DNA of 64,000 bases, from contig JAYWIR010000001.1 of NCBI GenBank assembly GCA_036172245.1, positions 4,650,001-4,714,000 of the forward strand. The letters run 5' to 3'. The DNA is from Raillietiella orientalis. Taxonomy: Eukaryota. The notes beneath the pieces were generated by a model. The model was given only the letters and a program-made list of their open reading frames with translations, ran no database searches and was not told the DNA's origin. Positions 11,406 through 22,331 of the stretch are shown here, piece by piece; the first letter of the stretch is position 1; every line of letters starts with the position of its first letter. The position numbers and the translations under genes are program-made.

Positions 11406-11415
11406 ATACACGTGA

Positions 11416-13700
11416 CGGCCTCTGAAACAGATGTCCATGAACTCCTCGCGCCTCGTGGAGAGTAGGCAGGCTGGAAGGGAAGTCAGAAGAGCGATTTAGG
11501 TTCTCCAGAAGGCGTTTCTAATTGACGCAGTCGGAGGCCTCAGCTCCTTCTCTCTAGTCGGACGCACGTCACTGAAACACTTGCGGTCAGCAAGGTCAGC
11601 GTTCAGAACAGGTTCGCTTCCATGCCTCTTCCAGAAGCAGCGTTCGTCTGCACCGGGCTGATCAAGGAGTCTGCCACCCTTCCCAAAGGCGCAGCCTGCG
11701 GATGCGGAAGCATCTGGGCGTTTTGAATTTCAGCGAATCGGACGCCAGCTGCCCAAGCTGCGAAGGTGCCTCTTCCCTCAGGGAGGAGTGCACTCTGACA
11801 GGTCGGAAGGAGACGACCGTGCGTCCGTCTCCGCGAGCAGCTCTGCCAACCGCAGCATCAGAGAACGTCGAGAAGCACTGATCAAGCTACGCAGGCAGGC
11901 CGTCCTCTCCCTGGGCTCTCTTCGCCCCTTGAGTGTGGCAGTGGGATTCCAGCCATCGTGGAAGGCTCGTCCGGAAGCGGAGCTGGTGCCTCTCCGTCGA
12001 GGTGAGCGCCGTTCGCCTCTCAACGTGGCCTCAACTCCCGGAAGTGACTGCTACGCGGAGTCCCTATTGACAGGTTTCGAACTGGGGGCACTGCCCTCTG
12101 GGCTTGCTCCAGAAGGCAGGCAGATACTCGTGTACTCCAGCGAATTCTACAGGACCTCTACCTTGGGATAAATTGGCAACCTCTCCGACAAGCAATGGAT
12201 CGATCGCCGGAGGGTTCTTGGGGTGGTGTCGTTGGAGAACAGGCGCTGAGCAAGCAGAGCAAATTCGCTTCCGCGAGCTGTTTCTTCCGAAGCACATGAG
12301 ATATAGGAGGAGTTTCCTCGCCCCCTTCTCACCGTCATTCGCATGAGGTCGTTTCTTAGCTCGCTGATGACCCTTTCAGTGCATGCGCGAACTCGCCGGG
12401 TAGCGGAACGCGGAGTGTTTTCTACACACGACCGTAGTTTCGCGTGGGAGGTAGGTGGGCGTTGTTTGGGCGGCTCCAGCTGGGGACCTCCCCCTGCCAT
12501 GCATGATCTCTGCTCCCAAGCTCGGTCTTGCAATGAATTCCTTCGCCCAGGGCGAGCTTCTTCAGCTGTGACCTTCTTCTAAAGGGGGACCACACTTCAG
12601 GAAGATCCACAAAAAAGCGAAGAAGAAAGCCAATAAAAACGCCACATCCATCACAACACGGGGAAAGGAAAAAGGTGAAGGTGAGGCAAACATCGCGAGG
12701 GGTTCACACCTTCGAGTCGGATGACCATGGTCCAATATCGCGAGCTGGTGACCTGAAAGGGATTTTGTCGCTTATACAAATCTGCCGACCTTGTACATCG
12801 TTTTGTAGAGCGGAAGCGACGAAAACACATCCATGACGCTCTTCTCTGGCGACGACTGGAGTCGCTACTGGCGCCCCAAGGATGGAGCTGTTCCACCTCG
12901 AGGTCACGGCTTTGCCGTCCTTCTAACCTTCAGTCCTCCACTCGGAACTGCACGAAGAGCTGAGTACTGGACACCAACAATCGCTGGTGTTCCTCAAAGA
13001 GATATCAACAGCCAATCTCGTGCTCCCGGCGCTGGACCCAGCATGCGTTGCTTGAGTTTGTGAGGTTTCCAAAGGGGATAGTTTACCTCACTCGGCCGTC
13101 TGGAAAGTGCCCAAGGCGACAAGTACCATGGATGCTCCGGCTGTTGCATTGGATGAAGGGAAGATTTGCTGACCTGGTTCGCAATGTTCCTGGAGTTCCC
13201 ATCTTTTGTGGAACTTCTCCATTCCTGCAATCCCGACACCCAATCAGACAACAGTCCTGCCAACAGGCGCTAGAGGTTCCTGAGGGAAGGACGGAAAGCA
13301 CGTTGCTTTAGAGTTTTCCTCCATTGGTTCACACATTCGCATCCCAAACCACTGTCTCTAGGACGAAAAAACGGCTGTCTGGAGGCACAAAGAGCTGCTG
13401 ACTCGACCACTTTCAAAGAGATTCGAAACCAAGACTGGACTTCGTGTTCCAGAATGAGAAGAAAGTGCCAGAAGTGAAGGCTGTCTGAGTCTAGGAATCC
13501 TTCCGTTGGGACACCGGAGAAGGCAAGAGGAAGTAGGAATAGCAGGCAAGCGCAGAGATGGGTCCTTCTTCCTCTCCATGGACTGCTCCACGGTCCCCTC
13601 GAGAGACGACATTACTGGCTTTGGAGGAGAAGTCAGGAGTCCGTTCTCGGTGTCTGCTTTCCTCCTTTGCGTTAACCCTTCCAGAGCCGTCTCTGGACAC
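11416..13700 (+). mobile_element. older decayed LINE ORF2 (RT to C-terminal), continuation of 8900-9055
   Basis: Joining across the TSD gives ...YT*RPL...AI*VLQKAFL, equivalent to RT NWRPI...IxxxQxAF. Later DWSRYWRPKDG (~12850) and LGILPLGHR (~13491). Heavily frameshifted. Confidence 0.55.
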
Positions 13701-14399
13701 CCACGGCAGCAGGCGACCCTCTGCAAGAGGGCTTCTGCTGAGTTTCTGCCGAGCTCGCGGGCAACTGAAGATGCTCTCTTCCATCCTCCGGAAGACTCTT
13801 GGAGTCCACGTTTCCTCAGGGAATATCCACCTTCACGACTATCCCCTCATCTATCTGTCTGCCGCAGAGGACGCATCTCGGGACTCACCTCCTGAGCTGA
13901 GTCGCTGCAGGACCGCTCGGATCTGCTCTTTGCCCATCCGAGAGCAAGAGGAAACGCCGTCGCCGATTTGTGACTATCGCAGAGGTGCGGGGGAGAGCAG
14001 CTGCGAGGACGAGAAGGCGAAGAGCGCCTCCTCCTCGAGAGACGATGCCACTGAGTCGCCACCAGTCGAGTCCGGAGAGACGGAAAACCACGAATGACCG
14101 ACGCTGGAAATCTCCCGCTGAGGCACCGGAGGAGGCAAGACGGAGGAAGGAGAGCAAGGATCGGCTCTCCGCCTCGCCGACGGAGAGGCACCAGCGTTCT
14201 CCAGCGCGGTCGCCGTGGAGTTCCAGGAACCACGAAGGCGACAGACGGAACGCTAAAAGAACTCCGAGATGAGGGTAGGATCACGTTAGGGAAATGGTGC
14301 GCATAAGCTGCTGCAGGAAGACGTACTGGAAGCTGGGCCACCAGATGAGGTGGAAAACCTTTGATGAAACCACCTCCTAGGGTGAAGATGGGGTGAAGA

Positions 14400-14880
14400 G
14401 AGCAGCTAGACAGTGAAGATGATGGAGGATGCCCTGGTCGTGGGTCGTACCCACAGGCACATCGTTGCTGAACACGTGCACGAACACGTCGCTCGCGCGC
14501 CTTCTGGAAGGCTTCCAGTGTGCCTTCAGACGGGCACGATGGTCGAGTATGATGACAGGGACGCCTTTTTTCCTTGGACTGCATATCTTCACCTTGGTTG
14601 CCGGAAAGGATCTTTCATCTTCTGTGGGTCGCCTTCTTCCTGGGATCGATAGGCGCATCGTGCCGGCTGATGCGGTGACTGACACAATGGTGAGAAATCT
14701 GTGAGTGGCCAGGGCCTCCCATTTGTGGCATAGACGCCAGGCCTGACCCTCTCGCCTGCTTCCTGGATAGTGCTGTGGTGGTCAGGAGATTGAGGCTGCC
14801 GGCGTGGATCAGTCTTTACTTATGCATGCGTGGAAGCCGCTACAGAACCGTGACTGGGAGCTTCTGAAATAAAGAACTTT
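14400..14880 (+). mobile_element. LINE ORF2 zinc-knuckle fragment
   Basis: ALVVGR...RLPVCLQTGTMVEYDDRDAFFPWT resembles the CPxC...E...HxFFxC motif. AATAAA lies at ~14868. Confidence 0.35.
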
Positions 14881-16299
14881 TTTAAGGGCTGCTTGTCTGA
14901 AGATATTTGATCAGAGATCGCTCATGGATTCTTTCTCGGTTTTGTCCTGAAGAATCAGGGAACGAAAGCTTCTTTTTCGCTCTTCCCCGTGCTCCTGAGC
15001 CAGACTTAGATTTTGGTTTTGCATCTCGCGAGCAGGCTTCCCCGCGGTCCATTCACGATCGCGGCGCGCTTTCCTAGCTCTTGTGCTCGTGGCTGCTATC
15101 CAGAATCCCCCTTTGATGTTTCGTGTTCCATTTCCTCTTCCTTCATTCTCGCACTCGAGCGAAAACTCGGCTCGGAAATTTCGACCCGGGGCATCCTTGC
15201 TCGCTAGCAGGCGATGCCTTCGTCTTTCTCGAAGGCCGCGGATCCACTTTCCCCGCGGAGAGATCCCTTGACGAGGAGTTCCACGCACCTGCTGCTCTGC
15301 CCCTGCCTCTGGAGGATTTCCGTAGCTCCCGGAATTTCCCAGGAATTTTCCTGGAATTTTGCTTCGCCACAGACTCCGCGGCCGCCAATGCTCCTCGCTC
15401 GGAGCCCTCGGAGAAGGACGATACTTTTCCCCTCTCTCCTCCCCCCCATCAGACATCCAACGCAGAGGGCTCCCACCTCGTCACCAATCTGGTCGATCAC
15501 ATGATTACTTTTCCAGAACAGAAGCTCCCCAGCAACGTCCTAATTATCCAACTTCCATGCTTCTTCCTTCCGGAGCATTTCTGATGATAAGTACCAAATC
15601 GCTCCACATTCTCTAACAATGGGTTTGATCCCTGAATCCCATTACGCCCTCCCCTGCCGCTCACAAATTTCATTCATTATTTCATTTCACCCATGTTCTT
15701 CCTCCTGCCGGTACTACGAGCGGTGCTTGAAAGGCCCATTCATTTAGGATCGCCGTGCATCCAACGGCACACGTCACACGCAGAATCCCATCGGCTTCTC
15801 CCAGCCGGGTGCGCCAACTGTTTGCCGCCCTTTGAGGTTCGCAGAGCGCGGATCCGAGGCATCGATTGCGTATCCGCGCCTCCCCAGGAATCGATCCTCC
15901 TCTCCTGGCCGCCGCGGGCCACGTGGCTTCCAATGGCCCTTCCGTCGTCGTCTCTCTTGTGGAATCCTTCGAAAAGCACCGCTCTTGGTCTTCGACTGGG
16001 AACCGAAGTCGTTCTGAAACTCGGGTTCGATGAGGGGTGGACGGCGCATCATCGGCCAATGGTGTTCGTGCTGCTCCCTCCCCCCTTCCCCAGGTGAAAT
16101 CGCCTGCCGATCCTTGGCCGTGCTGTGAGCGACAAGCCGCATGCGCTGCTGAAGGCGGAAGACGGAAGCAATGAGTTCTGCTCGCCCTCTTCTTCCGCCC
16201 AGAGGAACTGCGACCGCTGCAGAATCTCCTCTGCAAGCCGCTAGGGGATCCCCTGCAGGACTGGACACAGGTCCCGAACAGCCATTGCACCTTTTCTGC

Positions 16300-17800
16300 A
16301 GCACTGTCTGCCCTCAGGGCAAGAAATGACAGCAGCCAACCTGCGGGGTGAGAATTCTGCAAAATTGCAGGACTCGAGAAACTCTTCGACGGCTGCAAGA
16401 CAAGAGCGTTGATGGACGGCGCCACTCGCCGTTCCCGGGCGAAGGGACTCCTTCAATGGGGTGCGACCTGCTCAATGTGCCCCCTGAAGAGCCCATGGTT
16501 GCTCTCCTGTGTGAGGACACCGCCGTGTTCCCGCGCCGTTGGAATTTTCAGGATGTTACGCTGTTCCTGTACTGGAGGGATTCTGATGCAACCAGCGCTG
16601 GCACCTAGTTTGCAGGAGAATTACATCCTGAGACTGTTCCAAGTTGTTGGATACTGCAGTTCCCTCGAGAACATGTGGCGGAGACTTCCTTCAGCAGCAC
16701 CATTCGGAGGACACCGATGAGGACTCGCTGCGGCGATTCTTCAGGGAAGTCGGACTGACGGCAGGCGCCGTGATTTCATACTCGGGTGCGCCGGAGCGTT
16801 TAGTTCTCTTAGAGGGATCAATGAAACCAAAAGGCTCACCGATTCCAATTATTACACTAAAACTAAGGGGAAGCCAGCGAGGTCCATCACGTCCACAAAG
16901 GGGAAGAGGGATAAAACAAAACTAGAAAAAAAAAAAAGAAACAGACTATAACAAATAATAAAAGCTAACAAAAAAAAAATTAGTTGAGGGAAGGGAAGGG
17001 ATCACATTTCGTGGTGGGTGAGGCCTCTTCATGCGTTGAAGGATGCCGGCCTCTCTCAGCGTCGCACTTGGCTGCGACAACACCGCGCACACAACACAGC
17101 GCTGCGATGGCGGCTGCGGGCGTCATGGCGTCCTGCACGAAGAGGAGCCTCAAAGAGTCGCTGGGATCGTCCACGGGGTGTGGAATGGACGTGGAGAAAC
17201 TTTCCCAAAATTCCCGGAGGGTGACGCAGTGCACTATGAGGTGGGGGAAGGTCTCCTCTCCACACCTGGCACAGTTCGGCGATGCGCTTCCCCTCGCCCA
17301 ATGATGCCTTCTCTTACAGGAATCGAGGGAGGCGATGGCCCACCAATTCCAATTGTTACACTAGAAGCAGGCGCCGTGATCGCAGAGGGACGCTGCATCC
17401 GCACCATCGCCACAGCCCGCTCCATGACGGAGTCCCGTTCGCAGCAAAGGGAGGCCACCCGAATAGCAGCCTCCTTGATGAGGACGGCCACGAGGTCGTG
17501 CCTCACCTGCAAGAAGAATTCGCCAAGGAGATCGGCCGGCATACAGAGCCGCTTTTAGGAGGAAAGGAACGATTAAAACCAAAGACGATGAGTCCCTACC
17601 CTCCGCTTTTTTTTTTTTTTTTAACCATATTTATTATCTTCTCCTTCCATTTCATACTTCCTTAGAAGGCGGTCTGTGTGCCGATGGCCATCCCATTGAA
17701 CTTCTTTTTTCTCCCTTCTTTCTCTTGTATTCAGTGCACGCTGTTCCCTTTACTTGTGGCTTATTTTTTTAATTAATGCCCCAACGTGACCAGGTACAAA
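16300..17800 (+). mobile_element. LINE 3' region (CCIR family) split by a nested antisense copy
   Basis: Removing 16775-17380 restores FFREVGLTAGAVIAEGRCIRTIATA...AASLMRTATR, collinear with ORF 330..836. Terminal motif AATTAATGCCCCAACGTGACCAGGTACAAA at 17771-17800. Confidence 0.75.
16775..17366 (-). mobile_element. 5'-truncated LINE copy with perfect 14-bp TSD
   Basis: GCAGGCGCCGTGAT at 16761-16774 and 17367-17380. Minus-strand peptide AAAIAALCCVRGVV. Terminal motif (rc AACTAAACGCTCCGGCGCACCCGAGTATGAA) abuts the left TSD. Confidence 0.85.
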
Positions 17801-19049
17801 CCTTTGTGTACCGAGCTGTTGCTCTGCAGCGGGAGGAAACTGGTTTTGTCCTCCGTGCTCACGGAGAGAACCTGAAGAACTGCTTTACTGCCGAAGAGAA
17901 AGCACGATCCACGGTCCATGTCCTGTACAGTTCTTTTATGACCTGTATTCCTTTTTTTTTCTTCCTTTGCACAGTAAGTTCCGTTGAGAATTATCAACGA
18001 AGAGAGGCCTAAACCACTTTTTTTTTATTTGGTCCTTTGTCCACAGTCATGTCCGCTCCAGTTGTTTCTCTCTTTGACGGGAACTTCTGGTGATGGATAA
18101 GCTGGAAGACAAAGATCATGGGACATAAACCAAGAGTTTATGGTCACGAGACATCTGCAGTAGATTACAACACCTCCCGAAATAATGAAGGAGGATGGAG
18201 ATACATAGGGGAAGAGGCCACGTCGAGAAGAATGAGCAGGGCGCAGTCGGATTGTGTTGCAACCACGTCTTGTCTTCTGGCGATGCCGTGGAAGTCTGGA
18301 AGATGTTGAAAACATCGACCCCCGATTGCTGGAGTCCGATCCACGCAACCCCAGACCTGCTTAACAATGGGACCTCAAGTGAACGCAGGAGACGTGCTGA
18401 CCACGCTTTCCAAGGTTTTATGAGCCGGGGGACGCGCAACGCAGGTGGTAACCTCCGACTTCCGGTCTCTAGAGGAGAATGCGGGTTCTCCTTGCCCGGA
18501 AACGCGACATCATCGTTCACAGGGGGCCGCTCTTTTGGATGAGCGAACGTTCCGAGGTTTCGCCGAGCAACAGCAGGCTGCGGAAGCTGTTTCTCGACCG
18601 CTCCACCCCGTTACTTTGTTTGTTTCTACCTCACGAAGGGCGACATTGCCTATCGGAGTGCACCCTAACGATCGCGGCTTCAGCGGCCTTCGCCACAGTG
18701 CAAGAAGAGCCGGCTCCACCTCCACCGAGCACTGGGAAGATGTTTGCCTCAGTTTCTTCGTTGGGCTGCTTTGAGCTTGCTGTATCCGAGTCCGCAGAGC
18801 GCTCACGCACCGGAGTACAGTGCCCTGAGGCATACTGTTCCTCTCGTGGACGAGCACAACATGCATCCCATGATCATCGCCAAAACCATGTAAATATCTT
18901 TTTTTTTTGTTAGGGGAAGGCCGGATCCTTGATCCTAAGGTCACATCAGTGATTGTTTTGCTCACACGCATCTGATGGCAAACGTTAAGGGTCCTCTCTG
19001 AAGCTGCGAATCGACCTCACCCACTTAACCCGGCCTTGTTTTTCATGCT

Positions 19050-19520
19050 TTGCTCCCCCCCTTAGTTTCCAGGATTCTTTCCTCTCGTCGACACGTGGTC
19101 CACCATTGTCACCAGATGTTTAATGAGTCTGGAGACATGGGCAGCGCTCCGTCCTCCCCCTATCGCGAGGTGACTTCGTTTACAAGAGCTCAGGAGACTC
19201 GTCGCATTCATCCTACGGGTCCGTGCATCTGACAGTGTGAGAAGATGCCGATGGCTAGAGGGTCAGAATGAAAGAGTATCATTCTTTTAGGGTGATATTT
19301 AATGACTGACCCTGACTGATACATGGTCATTAAGCTATTTTTGCACTATAAAGGCATAAAGTTATGTACGAAAGGGGCCTGGGTGGTGGCAGATCGCTCC
19401 GACAAGCATTTTTATGACCCGCATTTCTGGCATTTCCAGGCAGAAGAAGTTGCTGGCACCAAGGTGGAGCGTGTCGCGAGCTTCCCGCTGTGCTGCGACA
19501 GACGGCGACTGTGCAGAGCG
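19050..19520 (+). mobile_element. LINE endonuclease-region fragment
   Basis: ATCATTCTTTTAGGGTGATATTTAAT is a frameshifted IILxGDFN. KGPGWWQI at ~19372 resembles the GPGxWKxN motif that ends L1/Tx1 endonucleases. Confidence 0.45.
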
Positions 19521-20053
19521 AGCAGGAATCCCACGGAGACGCGAGCTCCATTCATTATCGCCGAATGCACCAGCGGGCCGCAGCTTTGCCGCCGCTGCAA
19601 GCCCGTCCGGAGCAGAGCAACAGCATCAGGATGTCAGAAGCTCTGGGCGAACGGATTTCACGGGAGGAACTCTTTTTTCCCTTTTATTTTAGAACCTCCC
19701 AAGTTCTTCCCGGCGCGAAGAGGGAAGCTCCGCGCATCTCATCTTCCTGCAGTCTCCGACAGAAAGACGGAGTCCGACACTCTCGCTCTTCGCTTCCGTT
19801 TGTTTTTTTTTTTTTTGCCTCGCTTTTCGGAACGACGGGACCTCATTCGGTGAGCTCGAGGAAGCGGTCTCTTGCTGCATGGGACGCATCCTTGGAGGAC
19901 CTGTAGGTGCTGCAAAGAGCTCTTTTTCTGGAGTGCGTGGCTGTAAACAAAGAAGTGAAGCAGCTCTGCTCTTTGAGGTTTCGAGCATGGGTCCCGAGGG
20001 AGACTCACTCTGGAGACGAAGATTGCCAAGCAGGGGGAGCAAATTCTTGAAGA

Positions 20054-20802
20054 CCCGCTGTGTGGCTGCGGTCTCCCCACGCGTGGCACCAAGCGTCGCG
20101 GGTTCGAATCCCACCCGGGGAAGGATCAACGCCGAGAAATGGAGGAGCGGGAGCGTCGTGGATTTCGGGTTCCCCTCCTTCAGGATGACGCTGATTGGCC
20201 TCAGAGGCTTCGGATGCGGCACTGGCGGAAACCGGATGCTCCCGCTGAATGGACGGGATTGGAAGTTCACCCTCCATGGTCATTCCAGGAATCAGGGAGA
20301 GTCGGTTCCCTCCGCCGGTTGTGAAGATGGAGCTGGCTGCTACTCCCCTCAGATGGTTGCCTCTCCAGAGTGCAAGAAGCGCCCTCCAGAGAAATAGGGA
20401 AGCATCCCTTCAAGGTTCCTCTTCAGAGGAATGAACCAGGAGCGGTGTTCCCTTGCGGGTTCCCTCCGAGGAAGAAACGAGGAGTGACTCCTTCTGGGGT
20501 GCCCTTCCGGAGAAACCAAGGAAGAGGTTCCCTTCAAGATTCCCTCCCAAGCGTAAGGGGAGCCGACTCCTTTACTACTTTCTCCGGGGCATTCCTGGAT
20601 CCATAGGGTGGGTCCTCTGAGGTCAACTCCCAACTTGAAGGGTTAACACGCATTCTCGGATGGCGCGGACGGTGGCAAAGAGCTTCGTGAGCATAAGGAG
20701 GAGAACGGTTCTTTAGCATTGCTTGAGGACCAAAAATAAAAAGGTAAAAGCTGGAAGGAAAGCGACGGAAGCAGAAGAACCCCGAAAGAATTTCCACCAT
20801 CC
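20054..20802 (+). mobile_element. SINE-like element, full length (copy 4)
   Basis: GCGGGTTCGAATCCCAC T-arm/B box at ~20098-20114. Collinear with copies 1 and 5 to ...TTTCCACCATCC. Confidence 0.9.
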
Positions 20803-22112
20803 CAAACCTGGAGCTGACGTCAGATGCAAATCTGTCTAAAAAAAATTACCAGATTTACCTCGATGCGAAACCACGAGGAGCACTCCTTTCTGCGCCCCAG
20901 GGGCAGCTCTGTCTCTTTTTAGGGTGCTTGCTCGACGAAGAAGGCGGAGAAGCATCTGAAACTTCTTGTGAAGAGTTCGTCGAGCGCTTCGTTCCACTTT
21001 CCCTTTCGAAGCTAAGACCGAATTCAGGATGTCACTAGAGCCCTGAGGTGCTTGGAAGCCGAATTCATCTTGGCGCTGCTGAACTCTCCCATTTCTGATT
21101 CTTCGCGACCTTCCGGCACTATCAGTCTTGAATAAGGGTTCCTCCTATTTCCAACGAATGGGCTGCTTGCCGGGTTACCGAGGCAACCTCGAATGTGAGC
21201 CCTCCTTTTAGCAAGATGCGTTCTCTGGTACATTCCCTGGTACAGCGCTCTTATTTTTTCCCTTGCAATTCCTGGACTGCCATCAGCCCGCTCTTTTCCC
21301 GGTGCATCTGCAGCCTCTTCAGGTTTCGCTGGATCTCGAAATTTCGACTGTTCTCGTTTCTCTAGCTTCTACGTTTCTTTTTAAGGAAAGATGCCGCTCT
21401 CGGACCAGCGACCACCTGTGCATGAGGTGGCCCTACAGTCTTCTAAAACCATCAGTGCTCATCCCGAGAATTAATAGTCTTTCGCTTCCGGTCTTGCCTC
21501 GCTTTGCATCGCTCTGTGCTCCTCTGAGGAAAGTTCCGGCGATTCTCTCCAGAGTCTGCAGCTCAAACTGGCATCTCACCTGCGTACAGGGGAGCCACTA
21601 ATTTCCGAGTCTTTCCCAGAATGGTGGCCAACCGCCTTCGTATGTTGCAGGGTCCCAATAAGGAGCGCTTTCCTCTTCTGAATCCAAGTTTTATCCCAGC
21701 AGTTTCCATGAGATCCGAAAATTGAGGATTCTCGAAACAACAGGCATTTATTTTATAATAAACTGAGCACAGAAAGATAAGGGAAAATAAGTTTTTCATT
21801 ATTTTATTGTGAGATTAAATAAACAATCGCATCAAAAATAACTATTAATATGTATCAGATAGCGTAAGTTCATTTAATAAATTCATTATTATTAAATTAA
21901 GTACATATATATTATGTCTGACACGTGCTTTAACGGCTACAATAATATCTTGGGATAAGACTTCAGATGTGATGTAATTTGTGTCTTAAATGCTTAGAAG
22001 ATTAATGATTATAAAGAATATCTTGACAAATGTGTGTAGAATATCAATAAATGTATAATGCATATGTTTAGAATGTATTAATGAATGCGTGCTGAATCGT
22101 AATAAGTACATG

Positions 22113-22331
22113 ATGAGTACATGTAGAAGCTCAGAGAATGAATATGCTGATGAGCATGTAATGAATTCGTGTAAAAGTTCAGCGAATGAGTATGTTAATG
22201 AGCATGTAACGAATACGTGTAGGATCTCAACGAATGAATATGCTAATGAGCACGTAATGAATACGTGTAAAAGCTCAGCGAATGAATATGTTGATGAGAA
22301 TGTGAGGAGGACATGTCGAATGTCGACGAAT
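22113..22331. repeat. 48-bp tandem repeat, ~4.5 units, at edge of AT-rich island
   Basis: Units start at 22113, 22161, 22209, 22257 and 22305. Consensus ~ATGAATACGTGTARAAGCTCAGCGAATGAATATGYTRATGAGCATGTA. Confidence 0.9.

Noticed and set aside
22113..22331. CRISPR array or repeat-protein gene
   Set aside because: Units are contiguous with no unique spacers and no cas genes. The ORF is short with no supporting gene structure.
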